Position numbers and translations under genes: made by a program
Origin: Bryobacteraceae bacterium
GTDB lineage: Bacteria; Acidobacteriota; Terriglobia; Bryobacterales; Bryobacteraceae
Length of the DNA: 64,000 nucleotides
Direction of reading: 5' to 3'
NCBI GenBank assembly: GCA_035294665.1
Contig: DATGKM010000013.1
Span: 31,406-95,405, forward strand
The notes under the pieces: generated by a model
What the model saw: the letters and a program-made list of their open reading frames with translations, nothing else
Told to the model about the DNA's origin: nothing
Databases searched by the model: none
Shown: in pieces, positions 38,416 to 47,179 of the stretch
How positions within the stretch are numbered: position 1 is the first letter of the stretch
Layout of the letters: the number at the start of each line of letters is the position of its first letter

Positions 38416-40635
38416 TCAGTGAGTAGCGATGCTTTTCAGCACGGTGCTGCCGACCGTTCCATTCGGGTCTAGAACGCAACTGCCGTTATCGCCGAGCACC
38501 GTATGGCCATCGGGGCCGCGCGGTAGAGCCAGGATTCCAGCCATATCGGCCTGCAGCAGCGATCCCGGACCGTAATAGTAGTTGGGGAGCCAGTTGGCGA
38601 ACAAGGCATACGATTTGCCGTTATTCGGGCTGACATAGGCGGTCAGCGTGTGTGGATCGTAGCCGGCTTCGAAATTCGCCACTCCGCATACATAAGCGTA
38701 ATCCTGCAGCGTGGGCGTGCCGCTGCCGGAGGTTGCAGGGAGCTTCAAAATAGCAAACGAACTCCCATTGAACTCACCGGTAACTACGGCCAGGTGTTGG
38801 CCTCCCGGAGCAACGGCGGATCCGGAGAGTCCGGCCGAATAAATGCCGAGGATCGTGGGAGTCGAAGTTGGCGCAGACCACGAGCCGGGCGTGCCGGGGG
38901 TGAAGGTAGCCTGCGTCAAATCGGCCAGCACGAATTGGTTGGTAAACTCCGCGGGCGCCAGGGCGATGCCCGTGGAGCAGTCCTCGGCCGACGAGTCCAG
39001 TTCCCCGATGCCGATGTTTTTGGTATATTCGGCGGTCAGCCCTCCGCTGGGATCCAGGGCCACTAGGTCGTAGTTCGATTCCTCATTCGCGGAAAGCACT
39101 GCGCCCCGGTTGGGATCGATGGAGATGTTTTCCGAAACCTCATTCGCCAGCGGAAAAGGTGGCAGGAAGGTATCGGTTGCCAGATTGAGCGTCTGTAGCG
39201 CGGAGCCACTCGGGGCGGCGCTGTCGCCGATGGTGAGCACGGCGTAGTTGCCGGCGGCATTGACGGCCACACCGCCGGTATATGGATGGCCTCCCGAAAA
39301 GTTCATAGTGGTGTCGGCCGAATCCGTGAGACTGGTAAACGTGTTGGTCGTCCCGACACCGCGGATATGGTAGACATGGGTGTTGTTCGCCACGCAAACG
39401 GCATCTCCGGTGGCGGGATTGCCGGCACAGGAGTTGATGTAGTCCGGCAAGGCCAGCGAAACGGGGGCAACGGTTGGTCCACCGCCGGTTTCCAACTGGA
39501 CTACTTGAGCGCCTGGGGTGCCATAGGACCAGGACGCGTTCGGAGCGATCGCAAACACCGGCGCGGGCCCGGTGACGGGAGCAACCACTCCGAGCGAACT
39601 GGCGGGAACGCAGGAGGACAATGTCCTGCTCGTGCCCGTAACCTGCACCAGCGAGCAGGTGGTACCGCTGGTGAAAGCTGTATCGCCGGCTGTGGAGTCG
39701 CTCAGTTGAATGTAGTAATTGCCCGTCGTGAGCGAAGCCGGAATACTCACGTTCACCCGTTTCGTGCTGCCAATGATAGTGCCAATGCTATTGGCCACAT
39801 TCGTCGCGACCGGGGTTCCGCCGCAACTCGTTTCCCAACTGACCATAATGTTTGCGGCCGCAGTGTCGCCACTCGGCCATCCGCTGGCGGTTACGTTGAC
39901 GTTATTGACTCCCGCCACGCCGGTACTTGGGGTGGTTACCGGAGCCAGTCTGACCGTGGTTACTGTCGCAGCCTGAACGGGAACCGTTGCGAGGGACAAT
40001 GCCAGCAGCAGGGCGGCCGCCACGCCGCCAGTCCGCGCGCGCAACAGAGCGCGGAAATGGCTACGCCGCGAAAAGCCCAGGAATAACCCGATGATCGCCA
40101 GCGGGAGCCAGAAACCGGGTTCGGGCACCGAACTCCCAGCGGAGGTGGCTTCGATGAGCGCCAGGTCTCCGTCCGATAAATTGGGGGGGCTGGAGGGCAG
40201 AATGGTCGCGCTAAACGTGGAAAGAATATCCACGGTACCAACGCCGGACACATCGATGCTGGTGGGGCTGAAAGTGCCGGTGAGCATCGCTTCGACCGGC
40301 ACCGGATTGACGCCGCCGATTCCAATATCCGAGCCATTCCACGACAACCCATCGGCGGCCAGAGTGAAATAGGTGGAAGGCTCCATTACGCTCGAACCAT
40401 CCGAAAAATCGATCGTCAAACTCAGGTTCGAGAGATTGACGGAACTCAGAACGGGAAAATCCGGTGGTAAGGAATTCGGGCCGGTCCCATTGAAAATATC
40501 GAAGGCCGCGGTATCCGTGCCTACGATATCGTAAGATACGTAGCCGACAGTATAAACGTCGGCAAACACCGGAGCCTGGGCGAGCAGCAGCGCTGCCGCG
40601 GCCAAACCGGCCGTTTTGCAGTGATTCCTCGTCAT
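38416..40635 (-). CDS. 739-aa ORF: N-terminal PEP-CTERM protein fused in frame to a second secreted (IPT/beta-propeller-like) protein
   Basis: Signal peptide 1 (LLLAQAPVFA|DVY). VPEPGFWLPLAIIGLFLGFSRR sorting signal at codons about 170-191 (VPEP = 40117-40128). A second signal peptide follows (RARTGGVAAALLLALSLATVPVQA|ATV). Confidence 0.6.
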   Translation of the reverse strand: MTRNHCKTAGLAAAALLLAQAPVFADVYTVGYVSYDIVGTDTAAFDIFNGTGPNSLPPDFPVLSSVNLSNLSLTIDFSDGSSVMEPSTYFTLAADGLSWNGSDIGIGGVNPVPVEAMLTGTFSPTSIDVSGVGTVDILSTFSATILPSSPPNLSDGDLALIEATSAGSSVPEPGFWLPLAIIGLFLGFSRRSHFRALLRARTGGVAAALLLALSLATVPVQAATVTTVRLAPVTTPSTGVAGVNNVNVTASGWPSGDTAAANIMVSWETSCGGTPVATNVANSIGTIIGSTKRVNVSIPASLTTGNYYIQLSDSTAGDTAFTSGTTCSLVQVTGTSRTLSSCVPASSLGVVAPVTGPAPVFAIAPNASWSYGTPGAQVVQLETGGGPTVAPVSLALPDYINSCAGNPATGDAVCVANNTHVYHIRGVGTTNTFTSLTDSADTTMNFSGGHPYTGGVAVNAAGNYAVLTIGDSAAPSGSALQTLNLATDTFLPPFPLANEVSENISIDPNRGAVLSANEESNYDLVALDPSGGLTAEYTKNIGIGELDSSAEDCSTGIALAPAEFTNQFVLADLTQATFTPGTPGSWSAPTSTPTILGIYSAGLSGSAVAPGGQHLAVVTGEFNGSSFAILKLPATSGSGTPTLQDYAYVCGVANFEAGYDPHTLTAYVSPNNGKSYALFANWLPNYYYGPGSLLQADMAGILALPRGPDGHTVLGDNGSCVLDPNGTVGSTVLKSIATH

Positions 40636-40699
40636 CTGATTGGTCGTCCTCCTACCATTGGCGAAAGTGCGCGAACATTACAGAACTAACTCAGTTTTG

Positions 40700-40830
40700 C
40701 GAGGAGCTTACCAGACCAAGATGACATTGTAAAGAAAAATGACTAATTCATATAAACTACCGGTTATAGTACTCATACCTGACTTATTAGGTACTCCCCT
40801 ATAAGTACGAGAAGTACTGCAAAACCAAAG
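40700..40830. promoter_or_regulatory. AT-rich divergent control region with four GTAC-core motifs
   Basis: 34% G+C hand-counted over 40721-40820. GTAC cores at 40769, 40791, 40805 and 40814 within TATAGTACTC / TTAGGTACTC / TATAAGTACGAG / GAAGTACTGC. Confidence 0.4.
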
Positions 40831-40963
40831 CGCGCTGATTTGGCTAGAGTGATCGCGCGATGACAATCCCTCGCTAACGCGTGCGGCTCGGATCGACGCC
40901 TTGACCGGCAGCGAACAGTCGAAGGCTTACCGGGTGATCGGGAAGCCGCTATGCTGAAGGGTT

Positions 40964-43900
40964 GTGAAGCGCATATGGCTTTTGTTTTTGGCAGTCTGGG
41001 CCGCGCGTGCCCAAACCGCCGTTATCGACTACTCCAATCTGCACGAGCGCCAGGTGATTAACGGATTTCGCGCCGCGGCGGTCTACCTGGACGATGCGGG
41101 CCGGGCCATGGGCGGGCGCTTCATTCAAATTCGCAGCGGATTCACGCTCGATCTGCTGCGCATTCCATCGGTGCCGCAAGGTTTTATCTGGGTGAAGACG
41201 TACCCGACTTCCAATATGGGCGAGCCGCACACCGAGGAACACCTGCTGCTCGGCAAAGGCACAAGGGGCCGCGCTTTGGGCAGCATCGAACCGATGTCGC
41301 TGGTCACTTCGAGCGCCTATACCTTGCAGTGGATGACCTGCTTCCATTTCTATACCGCCGCCGGGCCGGAAGTTTTCTTCGAGCACTTCGAGCGCATCTT
41401 CGAGGCGCTGAAATTCCCCAACTACACCGATGAAGAGATCCGCCGCGAAGTGCGCAACTTCGGCGTGAGCGCGGGTCCGGGAGGCACGCTGCGCCTGGAA
41501 GAGCAGGGCACGGTCTACAACGAAATGACCACTTCCATGGATCAGCCCGCCTACCGGCTCTTCAATCGCGCGGGCGTGGCCATCTACGGTCCCGATCATC
41601 CGCTGGCGTTTTCGGCCGGCGGCCTGCCGGAAGCGCTGCGCAGGATTCAGCCCGCCGATATCCGCCGCTTCCACGACGCCCACTACTTCGGCGGCAACAT
41701 GGGCATGATCGCGGCGCTGCCCAAAGAGGTGCCGCTCGAAACGGCGCTGGCCAAAATCGATGAAGCGCTCGACCGCGTGGAGCCGCGCCACCCGGTGCTT
41801 CCGGTGATGACGGAGGAGAACCTGCCGGCGCCGCATCCCGCTCCAGCCGGACGCATCGAGTACGTTCCATATCCTTCGCAGAATGCGCAGCAGCCCAGTT
41901 CGGTGTTGCTGGCGTGGCCGGCGGAGCGCAAACTGGCCAACCGCGAATACGAGCTGCTAAATCTGTTCCTGGATAATTTTGCCGGAGAGCCGGATACGAA
42001 CCTGTACGCCCGCTTGGTGAACAGCCGCACCCGCGACAGCGATTTCGGCGTTCAGGGAATTAACGCCTGGGCCGATGCCGACGAGGGCAACCCCGTTTAC
42101 ATGATGTTCCGCGACATGCCACCCGCCGCGATGGACGACAAGAACCTCGGATTACTGCGCTCCAAAGTGCTGGACGAGTTGCGCCGTGTCGCCGCGTATC
42201 CCGATGGCTCAGCCGAATTGCGCGCTTTCAACCAGCGGCTCAAAAGCCGGATTCTGCAGCGCCGGCGGGAACTGGCCCGATTCGTCAGTTCGCCTCCAGG
42301 TTTCGGCCAGCGCGGCGTAAGTTCGGATTGGGTAATGCAACTGGTGCGGCTGAATCGGGAGCCGGGCTTCCGCAAATCGCTCACCGAAAAAGAGGACCTG
42401 GACGCGATCGAAGCGCAACTGGCGGGACCGCGCAACCTCTGGCGCGAGTATCTGGCGAAATGGAAACTGATAGCGGTCGCGCCCTGGATCGAAGCGGCCA
42501 AACCAGACCCGGCGCTGATCGAGCAGGAAACGCGCGAGCGGGCCGCGCGCATCGCCGCCGAAACCGAGCGCCTGAAGCGGCAATACGGCGTGACGGACAC
42601 GCAAGCGGCGCTGCGCCGTTACAAGGCCGATCAGGACGCCGCCGCGCAGGCGATCGAAGCGGCCGCGCGCGAGATCACGCCGCCCCGCTTTATCGAAAAC
42701 CCGCCGCTGGGCCTCGACGATTCGCTCCAGTTCACTACCCGCAAGCTCGCAGGCGGAGTGCCCCTGGTCACTTCCACTTTCGACAGCATGACCGGCGCGA
42801 CCGTGGGACTCGCGCTCTCGCTGCACGCCGTGCCACGCGAGTTGCTCGTCTATCTGTCGCTGCTGCCCGAGCTGCTGACGCGCTCCGGAGTGATCGAAAA
42901 TGGCCGGCCTGTTTCCTATCCCGAAATGGCCGAGCGCCTGCGCACCGAAATCCTCGGCTTGAACGCGGACTACCGGATCAATCCGCTGACGAACCGCTAC
43001 GAACTCGTAATGCGCGGCTCGGGCAGCAACCCCGCCGAAGCGCGGCGCGCGCTGGAGTGGATGAAGCTGGCGCTGCTCCATCCCGATTGGCGGCCGGAAA
43101 ACCTGCCGCGCCTCCGCGACCTGGTAGAGGAAACGCTGGGCCTGGTACACAACACGATGCAGAGGCCGGAAGAAACCTGGGTGGAAGATCCGGCGCGCGC
43201 CTGGCTGTACCAGATGCACCCGCTGCTGCTCGCGACGTCTTCGTTTCTCACCCGAGAACACAATCTGTTCCGCCTGAAATGGATGCTCAAGGGCGGAGGC
43301 GCGCCGGATATCTACCAGTTTCTGGAAGCCCTCGCCGGCGCTAAGGGGACGCGCGCCGAGCGGATGCAAATGCTCGCCGCGATCGCGCAGGGCACATATG
43401 CGGGCTTCGATTCCCTCGCCGACTTTTCGAAGAGGCTGGCGCAGGATGCGGCCCGCGATCTCGAAACCGTTTTACCGGAAATTCCCGATTCGAGCCTCGC
43501 CTCCGATTGGGCGGATTTGTGCCACGGCATGCGGCGCGATCTGGCATCCGGGCCGGAGAAAGTTCTGGCCGATCTCGACAAACTGCGCCAATCGCTGCTC
43601 GAGCCGAACGGCGCGCGCATGTTCCTGATCGGATCGCCGGAAGCACAGCGCAGCTTGAGCAGCGCGATTGAGAAGTTTCCGGGGTTGCTCGAAAATAGCG
43701 TTCTTCAAAGGGAGGCTTCCCGAAATTACCTGGCGATCGAACAGCGCCTCCTCAGGCGCGATCGCATAGGTGGGGCTCCCCTGTTCGTTGGCCTGGTGAA
43801 TCCCAACTCGCAAGGCGGGGTCTTCCTCAACTCCGCCCCCGGCGCGAGCTACCACGACACCAGCCCCGATGCCCTGCTCGATTTGCTCGCCTCGCTGCTC

Positions 43901-44458
43901 TACGCCGGCCACGGCGCTCACAGCATGTACATGAAAACCTGGTCCGCGGGGTTGGCCTACAGCAACGGCATTCGCATTCACCCTCTCGAAGCCCGCGTGA
44001 CCTACTACGCCGAACGCACCCCGCTGCTGCCGCAAACGCTCGAATTCGTCATCGGCCAACTGAAGAGTGTCCGGCCCAATCCCGCGCTCGCCGAGTACGC
44101 CATCGCCGGCGCCTTCGACGGCATCCGCTCGGCGCTCTCCTTTGAAGATCGCGGCGAAGCCCTGGCCGAAGATCTGGCCGATGGCCTGACGCCGGAAGTG
44201 GTGGCGCGCTTTCACCGCGCCATCCTCGACCTGCGCAAGCGCCCGGATCTCGCGGACGAACTCTTTCGCAGGATGCCGAAGATCTACGCGCGCGTCCTCC
44301 CCGGCATGGGCGTTCCGGCGAAAGACGTACCCGGCGCCGTCTACTTCGTCATCGGCCCCGAAAACCAGTTGGCAGCCTACGAACAATACCTGAAAAAAGC
44401 CGAAGGCCCCGCGACCCGCCTCTTCCGCCTGTACCCCCGCGATTTCTGGGTAGAGTGA
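40964..44458 (+). CDS. large secreted M16 (insulinase/pitrilysin) family metallopeptidase-like protein
   Basis: Inverted zincin motif HTEEH (GEPHTEEHLLLGKG). Signal peptide MKRIWLLFLAVWAARAQT. 1164 aa. GTG start. Confidence 0.7.
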   Translation: MKRIWLLFLAVWAARAQTAVIDYSNLHERQVINGFRAAAVYLDDAGRAMGGRFIQIRSGFTLDLLRIPSVPQGFIWVKTYPTSNMGEPHTEEHLLLGKGTRGRALGSIEPMSLVTSSAYTLQWMTCFHFYTAAGPEVFFEHFERIFEALKFPNYTDEEIRREVRNFGVSAGPGGTLRLEEQGTVYNEMTTSMDQPAYRLFNRAGVAIYGPDHPLAFSAGGLPEALRRIQPADIRRFHDAHYFGGNMGMIAALPKEVPLETALAKIDEALDRVEPRHPVLPVMTEENLPAPHPAPAGRIEYVPYPSQNAQQPSSVLLAWPAERKLANREYELLNLFLDNFAGEPDTNLYARLVNSRTRDSDFGVQGINAWADADEGNPVYMMFRDMPPAAMDDKNLGLLRSKVLDELRRVAAYPDGSAELRAFNQRLKSRILQRRRELARFVSSPPGFGQRGVSSDWVMQLVRLNREPGFRKSLTEKEDLDAIEAQLAGPRNLWREYLAKWKLIAVAPWIEAAKPDPALIEQETRERAARIAAETERLKRQYGVTDTQAALRRYKADQDAAAQAIEAAAREITPPRFIENPPLGLDDSLQFTTRKLAGGVPLVTSTFDSMTGATVGLALSLHAVPRELLVYLSLLPELLTRSGVIENGRPVSYPEMAERLRTEILGLNADYRINPLTNRYELVMRGSGSNPAEARRALEWMKLALLHPDWRPENLPRLRDLVEETLGLVHNTMQRPEETWVEDPARAWLYQMHPLLLATSSFLTREHNLFRLKWMLKGGGAPDIYQFLEALAGAKGTRAERMQMLAAIAQGTYAGFDSLADFSKRLAQDAARDLETVLPEIPDSSLASDWADLCHGMRRDLASGPEKVLADLDKLRQSLLEPNGARMFLIGSPEAQRSLSSAIEKFPGLLENSVLQREASRNYLAIEQRLLRRDRIGGAPLFVGLVNPNSQGGVFLNSAPGASYHDTSPDALLDLLASLLYAGHGAHSMYMKTWSAGLAYSNGIRIHPLEARVTYYAERTPLLPQTLEFVIGQLKSVRPNPALAEYAIAGAFDGIRSALSFEDRGEALAEDLADGLTPEVVARFHRAILDLRKRPDLADELFRRMPKIYARVLPGMGVPAKDVPGAVYFVIGPENQLAAYEQYLKKAEGPATRLFRLYPRDFWVE

Positions 44459-44462
44459 TCTC

Positions 44463-44511
44463 TCCTGGCTCTTGGCTTCTGGCTCCTGCCTTCTGACTCC
44501 TGGCTCCTAAT
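44463..44511. repeat. 7-bp periodic microsatellite, 7 units (tcctggc tcttggc ttctggc tcctgcc ttctgac tcctggc tcctaat)
   Basis: Read directly. Begins 5 nt after the M16 stop codon. Same unit family as 55024-55072. Confidence 0.85.
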
Positions 44512-44558
44512 CGTTATTGACTGCCTCTCGGAACACCTGTCATACTCTCCGTTTTGGT

Positions 44559-45290
44559 ATGGCTGACGACAAGAAGACTGTCCTAGTGGTGAGCGCGCAC
44601 GCCGCCGATTTCGTCTGGCGCGCGGGCGGCGCAATCGCCCTGTACGCGGACCGCGGATACCGCGTCCGCATTGTTTGCCTTTCCTTCGGAGAGCGCGGGG
44701 AATCGGAGCGCCTGTGGAAGATTCCCGGAATGACCGTGGAGGAAGTGAAAAAGGACCGCTGCGCGGAATCGACCCGCGCCGCGCAGATCCTGGGGGCCGA
44801 AATTCGCTTCTTCGACATGGGGGATTATCCGATTGTCCCTAAAGAAGAAGATATGGTGGAATTTGTCAACGAGTTCCGCCTCAATAAACCGGTCATTGTG
44901 CTGACGCACAGCTTCGAAGATCCGTACAACATGGATCACCCGATGGCGAACGATCTCACGCTGAAAGCGCGCGTGTACGCGCAGGCCTCCGGCTACCCGG
45001 CCAAGGGCAAGGGCAGCCAGGACGACGCGCCGCCGGTCTTCATCTTTGAACCGCATCAGCCCGAGCAGTGCAATTTCAAGCCGCAGGTGCTGCTGGATAT
45101 CACGCCGGTGTGGGAGCGCAAGCTGGAAGCCATGAAGTCCATGGCGGCGCAGGAGCACTTGGTGAAGTATTACACCGGCCTCGGCGAACGGCGCGGCGTG
45201 CAGGCGGTGCGCAATTCGGGCAAGCGGCACATCAAGTATGCCGAAGCCTTCCAGCGCATTTATCCGCAAGTAACGGACGAACTCGCATGA
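44559..45290 (+). CDS. PIG-L/LmbE-family hydrolase, candidate GalB-type 4-oxalomesaconate hydratase
   Basis: VLVVSAHAADFVWRAGG...FGERGES PIG-L signature. Sits next to a LigK-type aldolase. Possible promoter TTGACT (44517-44522) N18 CATACT (44541-44546). Confidence 0.55.
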   Translation: MADDKKTVLVVSAHAADFVWRAGGAIALYADRGYRVRIVCLSFGERGESERLWKIPGMTVEEVKKDRCAESTRAAQILGAEIRFFDMGDYPIVPKEEDMVEFVNEFRLNKPVIVLTHSFEDPYNMDHPMANDLTLKARVYAQASGYPAKGKGSQDDAPPVFIFEPHQPEQCNFKPQVLLDITPVWERKLEAMKSMAAQEHLVKYYTGLGERRGVQAVRNSGKRHIKYAEAFQRIYPQVTDELA

Positions 45291-45991
45291 GCCACAAGAT
45301 CATTCGCAGAATCCCGCGGCCCGAAGCCGAAGCCGTGCGCATTCTGGGCGCTTCCGGTGTCGCGACCGTGCATGAGGCCCAGGGGCGCACCGGCTTGATG
45401 CGTCCCTACATGCGGCCGATTTATCCCACGGCGCGCGTGGCCGGCCCGGCGGTAACCATTTCGATCGCCCCCGGAGACAACCTGATGATTCACGCTTCGA
45501 TTGAAGTGTGCAAGCCGGGAGACGTGCTGGTGGTCGCGCCCACTTCGGAATGCACGGATGGCTATTTCGGCGAGCTGCTGGGCGTCTCTTGCCAGGCGCA
45601 CGGCATCGCCGGGCTGATTATCGACGCGGGTGTGCGCGACACCGCCGAACTCACCGCGATGAACTTCCCGGTGTGGTCGAAAGCCGTCAGTGCGCAGGGC
45701 ACAGTGAAGAACGTTCCGGGCGACGTGAATATTCCGGTGGTGTGCGCGGGCGCTCGGGTCAATCCCGGCGACGTGATCGTGGCCGATGCCGATGGCGTTG
45801 TAGTGGTCGCTCGCGAGCGCGCCGCCGAAGTGGCCAAGGCTTCCGAGCAGCGCATCGCCAAGGAAGAGAAGTCGCGCGAACGGCTGCGCAAAGGCGAACT
45901 GGGCATCGATTTTTACGGCCTGCGCGCCAAGCTGGCCGAACTCGGCGTGGAAATCGTCGAGGGCGCCGAAAGCGCGGCATCGTCCCAATAG
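45287..45991 (+). CDS. 4-carboxy-4-hydroxy-2-oxoadipate aldolase / oxaloacetate decarboxylase (LigK/GalC, RraA-like)
   Basis: VHEAQGRTGLM, GELLGVSCQAHGIAGLIIDAGVRD, and a C-terminal RLRKGELGIDFYGLR tail typical of LigK-type enzymes. ATGA overlap with the upstream gene. Confidence 0.7.
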   Translation: MSHKIIRRIPRPEAEAVRILGASGVATVHEAQGRTGLMRPYMRPIYPTARVAGPAVTISIAPGDNLMIHASIEVCKPGDVLVVAPTSECTDGYFGELLGVSCQAHGIAGLIIDAGVRDTAELTAMNFPVWSKAVSAQGTVKNVPGDVNIPVVCAGARVNPGDVIVADADGVVVVARERAAEVAKASEQRIAKEEKSRERLRKGELGIDFYGLRAKLAELGVEIVEGAESAASSQ

Positions 45992-46045
45992 CTTCACCAC
46001 GGCCAAACAGGCCGATACCAAAAACGGTTCAGCGAGGAACGGATC

Positions 46046-47014
46046 ATGAAAGTAGGTTTGGCAGGACAGGGAGCTTTCGGCATTAAGCATCTGGAAGCGA
46101 TCCAGAATATTCCCGGAATTGAAGTAATCACTCTTACCGGCAGCCGCAAGGAAACCGCCGAAGAGGTCGCTAAAAAATTCGGGATTCCGCACTATACCGG
46201 CGACCTGGCGGAAAGCCTCAAGCAGCCCGGGCTCGAAGCCATGATTCTCGCCACGCCCACGCAGATGCACGCGGCGCAGGGCGTCCAGTGCATGCGCGCG
46301 GGCAAGCACGTGCAGATCGAAATCCCCATCTGCGATTCGCTTGCCGATGCGGAATTGCTGGTGAAGACACAGCAGGAAACCGGCGTGATTTGCATGGGCG
46401 GCCACACCCGCCGCTTCAATCCCAGCCATCAGTTCATTCACAACAAAATCAAGGCTGGAGAGTTGCGGATCCAGCAGATGGATGTGCAGACCTATTTCTT
46501 CCGCCGCACCAATATGAACGCCGCCGGCAAACCCCGGAGTTGGACGGACCACCTGCTCTGGCATCACGCCTGCCACACCGTGGACCTGTTCATGTACCAG
46601 ACCGGCGAGCGCATTTCGGAATGCTACGCGCTCCAAGGGCCAAAGCACCCCGAGCTGAAGATCGCCATGGATATGAACATCGGCATGAAGGTGCCCGGGG
46701 GCGCCATCTGCACGCTCTCGCTTTCCTTCAATAACAATGGCCCGCTCGGCACGTTCTTCCGCTACATCTGCGACAACGGCACCTACATCGCCCGCTACGA
46801 CGAGCTGGTGGATGGATACCAGAAACCGATCGACGTCTCGCAGGTGGCCGTCTCCACGAACGGCATCGAGCTGCAGGACCGCGAATTCTTCGCCGCCATT
46901 CAAGAAGGCCGCAAGCCGAATGCCGATGTGACGCAGGTTTTCCCCGCCATGCAGGTGCTGGACAAACTGGAGCGCATGCTGGAAGGCGGAAAAAAAGAGC
47001 AAGCGGCGGGGTAG
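46046..47014 (+). CDS. Gfo/Idh/MocA-family oxidoreductase (LigC-like candidate)
   Basis: MKVGLAGQGAFGIKHLEA Rossmann N-terminus. Context with the two preceding genes. Confidence 0.6.
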   Translation: MKVGLAGQGAFGIKHLEAIQNIPGIEVITLTGSRKETAEEVAKKFGIPHYTGDLAESLKQPGLEAMILATPTQMHAAQGVQCMRAGKHVQIEIPICDSLADAELLVKTQQETGVICMGGHTRRFNPSHQFIHNKIKAGELRIQQMDVQTYFFRRTNMNAAGKPRSWTDHLLWHHACHTVDLFMYQTGERISECYALQGPKHPELKIAMDMNIGMKVPGGAICTLSLSFNNNGPLGTFFRYICDNGTYIARYDELVDGYQKPIDVSQVAVSTNGIELQDREFFAAIQEGRKPNADVTQVFPAMQVLDKLERMLEGGKKEQAAG

Positions 47015-47075
47015 TGGATTCGGGCTCCGCCCGGCCTAACCGGACCCCAAAACGGTTCAAGTTGAGCGGCGGCGA

Positions 47076-47100
47076 AAATCCGTAAAAAATTTACGGATTT
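47076..47100. terminator. AT-rich perfect palindrome between convergent genes (possible bidirectional terminator)
   Basis: AAATCCGTAAA-AAA-TTTACGGATTT: 11-bp arms, 3-nt loop. Confidence 0.35.
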
Positions 47101-47179
47101 CGAGTTCGAAGAAGAAAATGAACGGGCGGGCGGAACCCGGAATCGCTGGGACGCTGGTTGGTCGGGCGCCGCTAAAGCT

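Noticed and set aside
44463-44511. CRISPR array (also considered for 55024-55072)
   Set aside because: The units are 7 bp, contiguous and have no spacers. No cas genes are nearby. They are microsatellite-like repeats, not CRISPR.
45260-47002. 580-aa minus-strand ORF opposite the aldolase and Gfo/Idh/MocA genes
   Set aside because: It is antisense to two motif-supported genes and has no motifs of its own. Similar shadow ORFs were rejected on the same grounds: 29125-30576, 35212-36300, 42209-43369, 55436-56779, 24060-25796, 25772-26962, 33561-34565 and 5082-6275.
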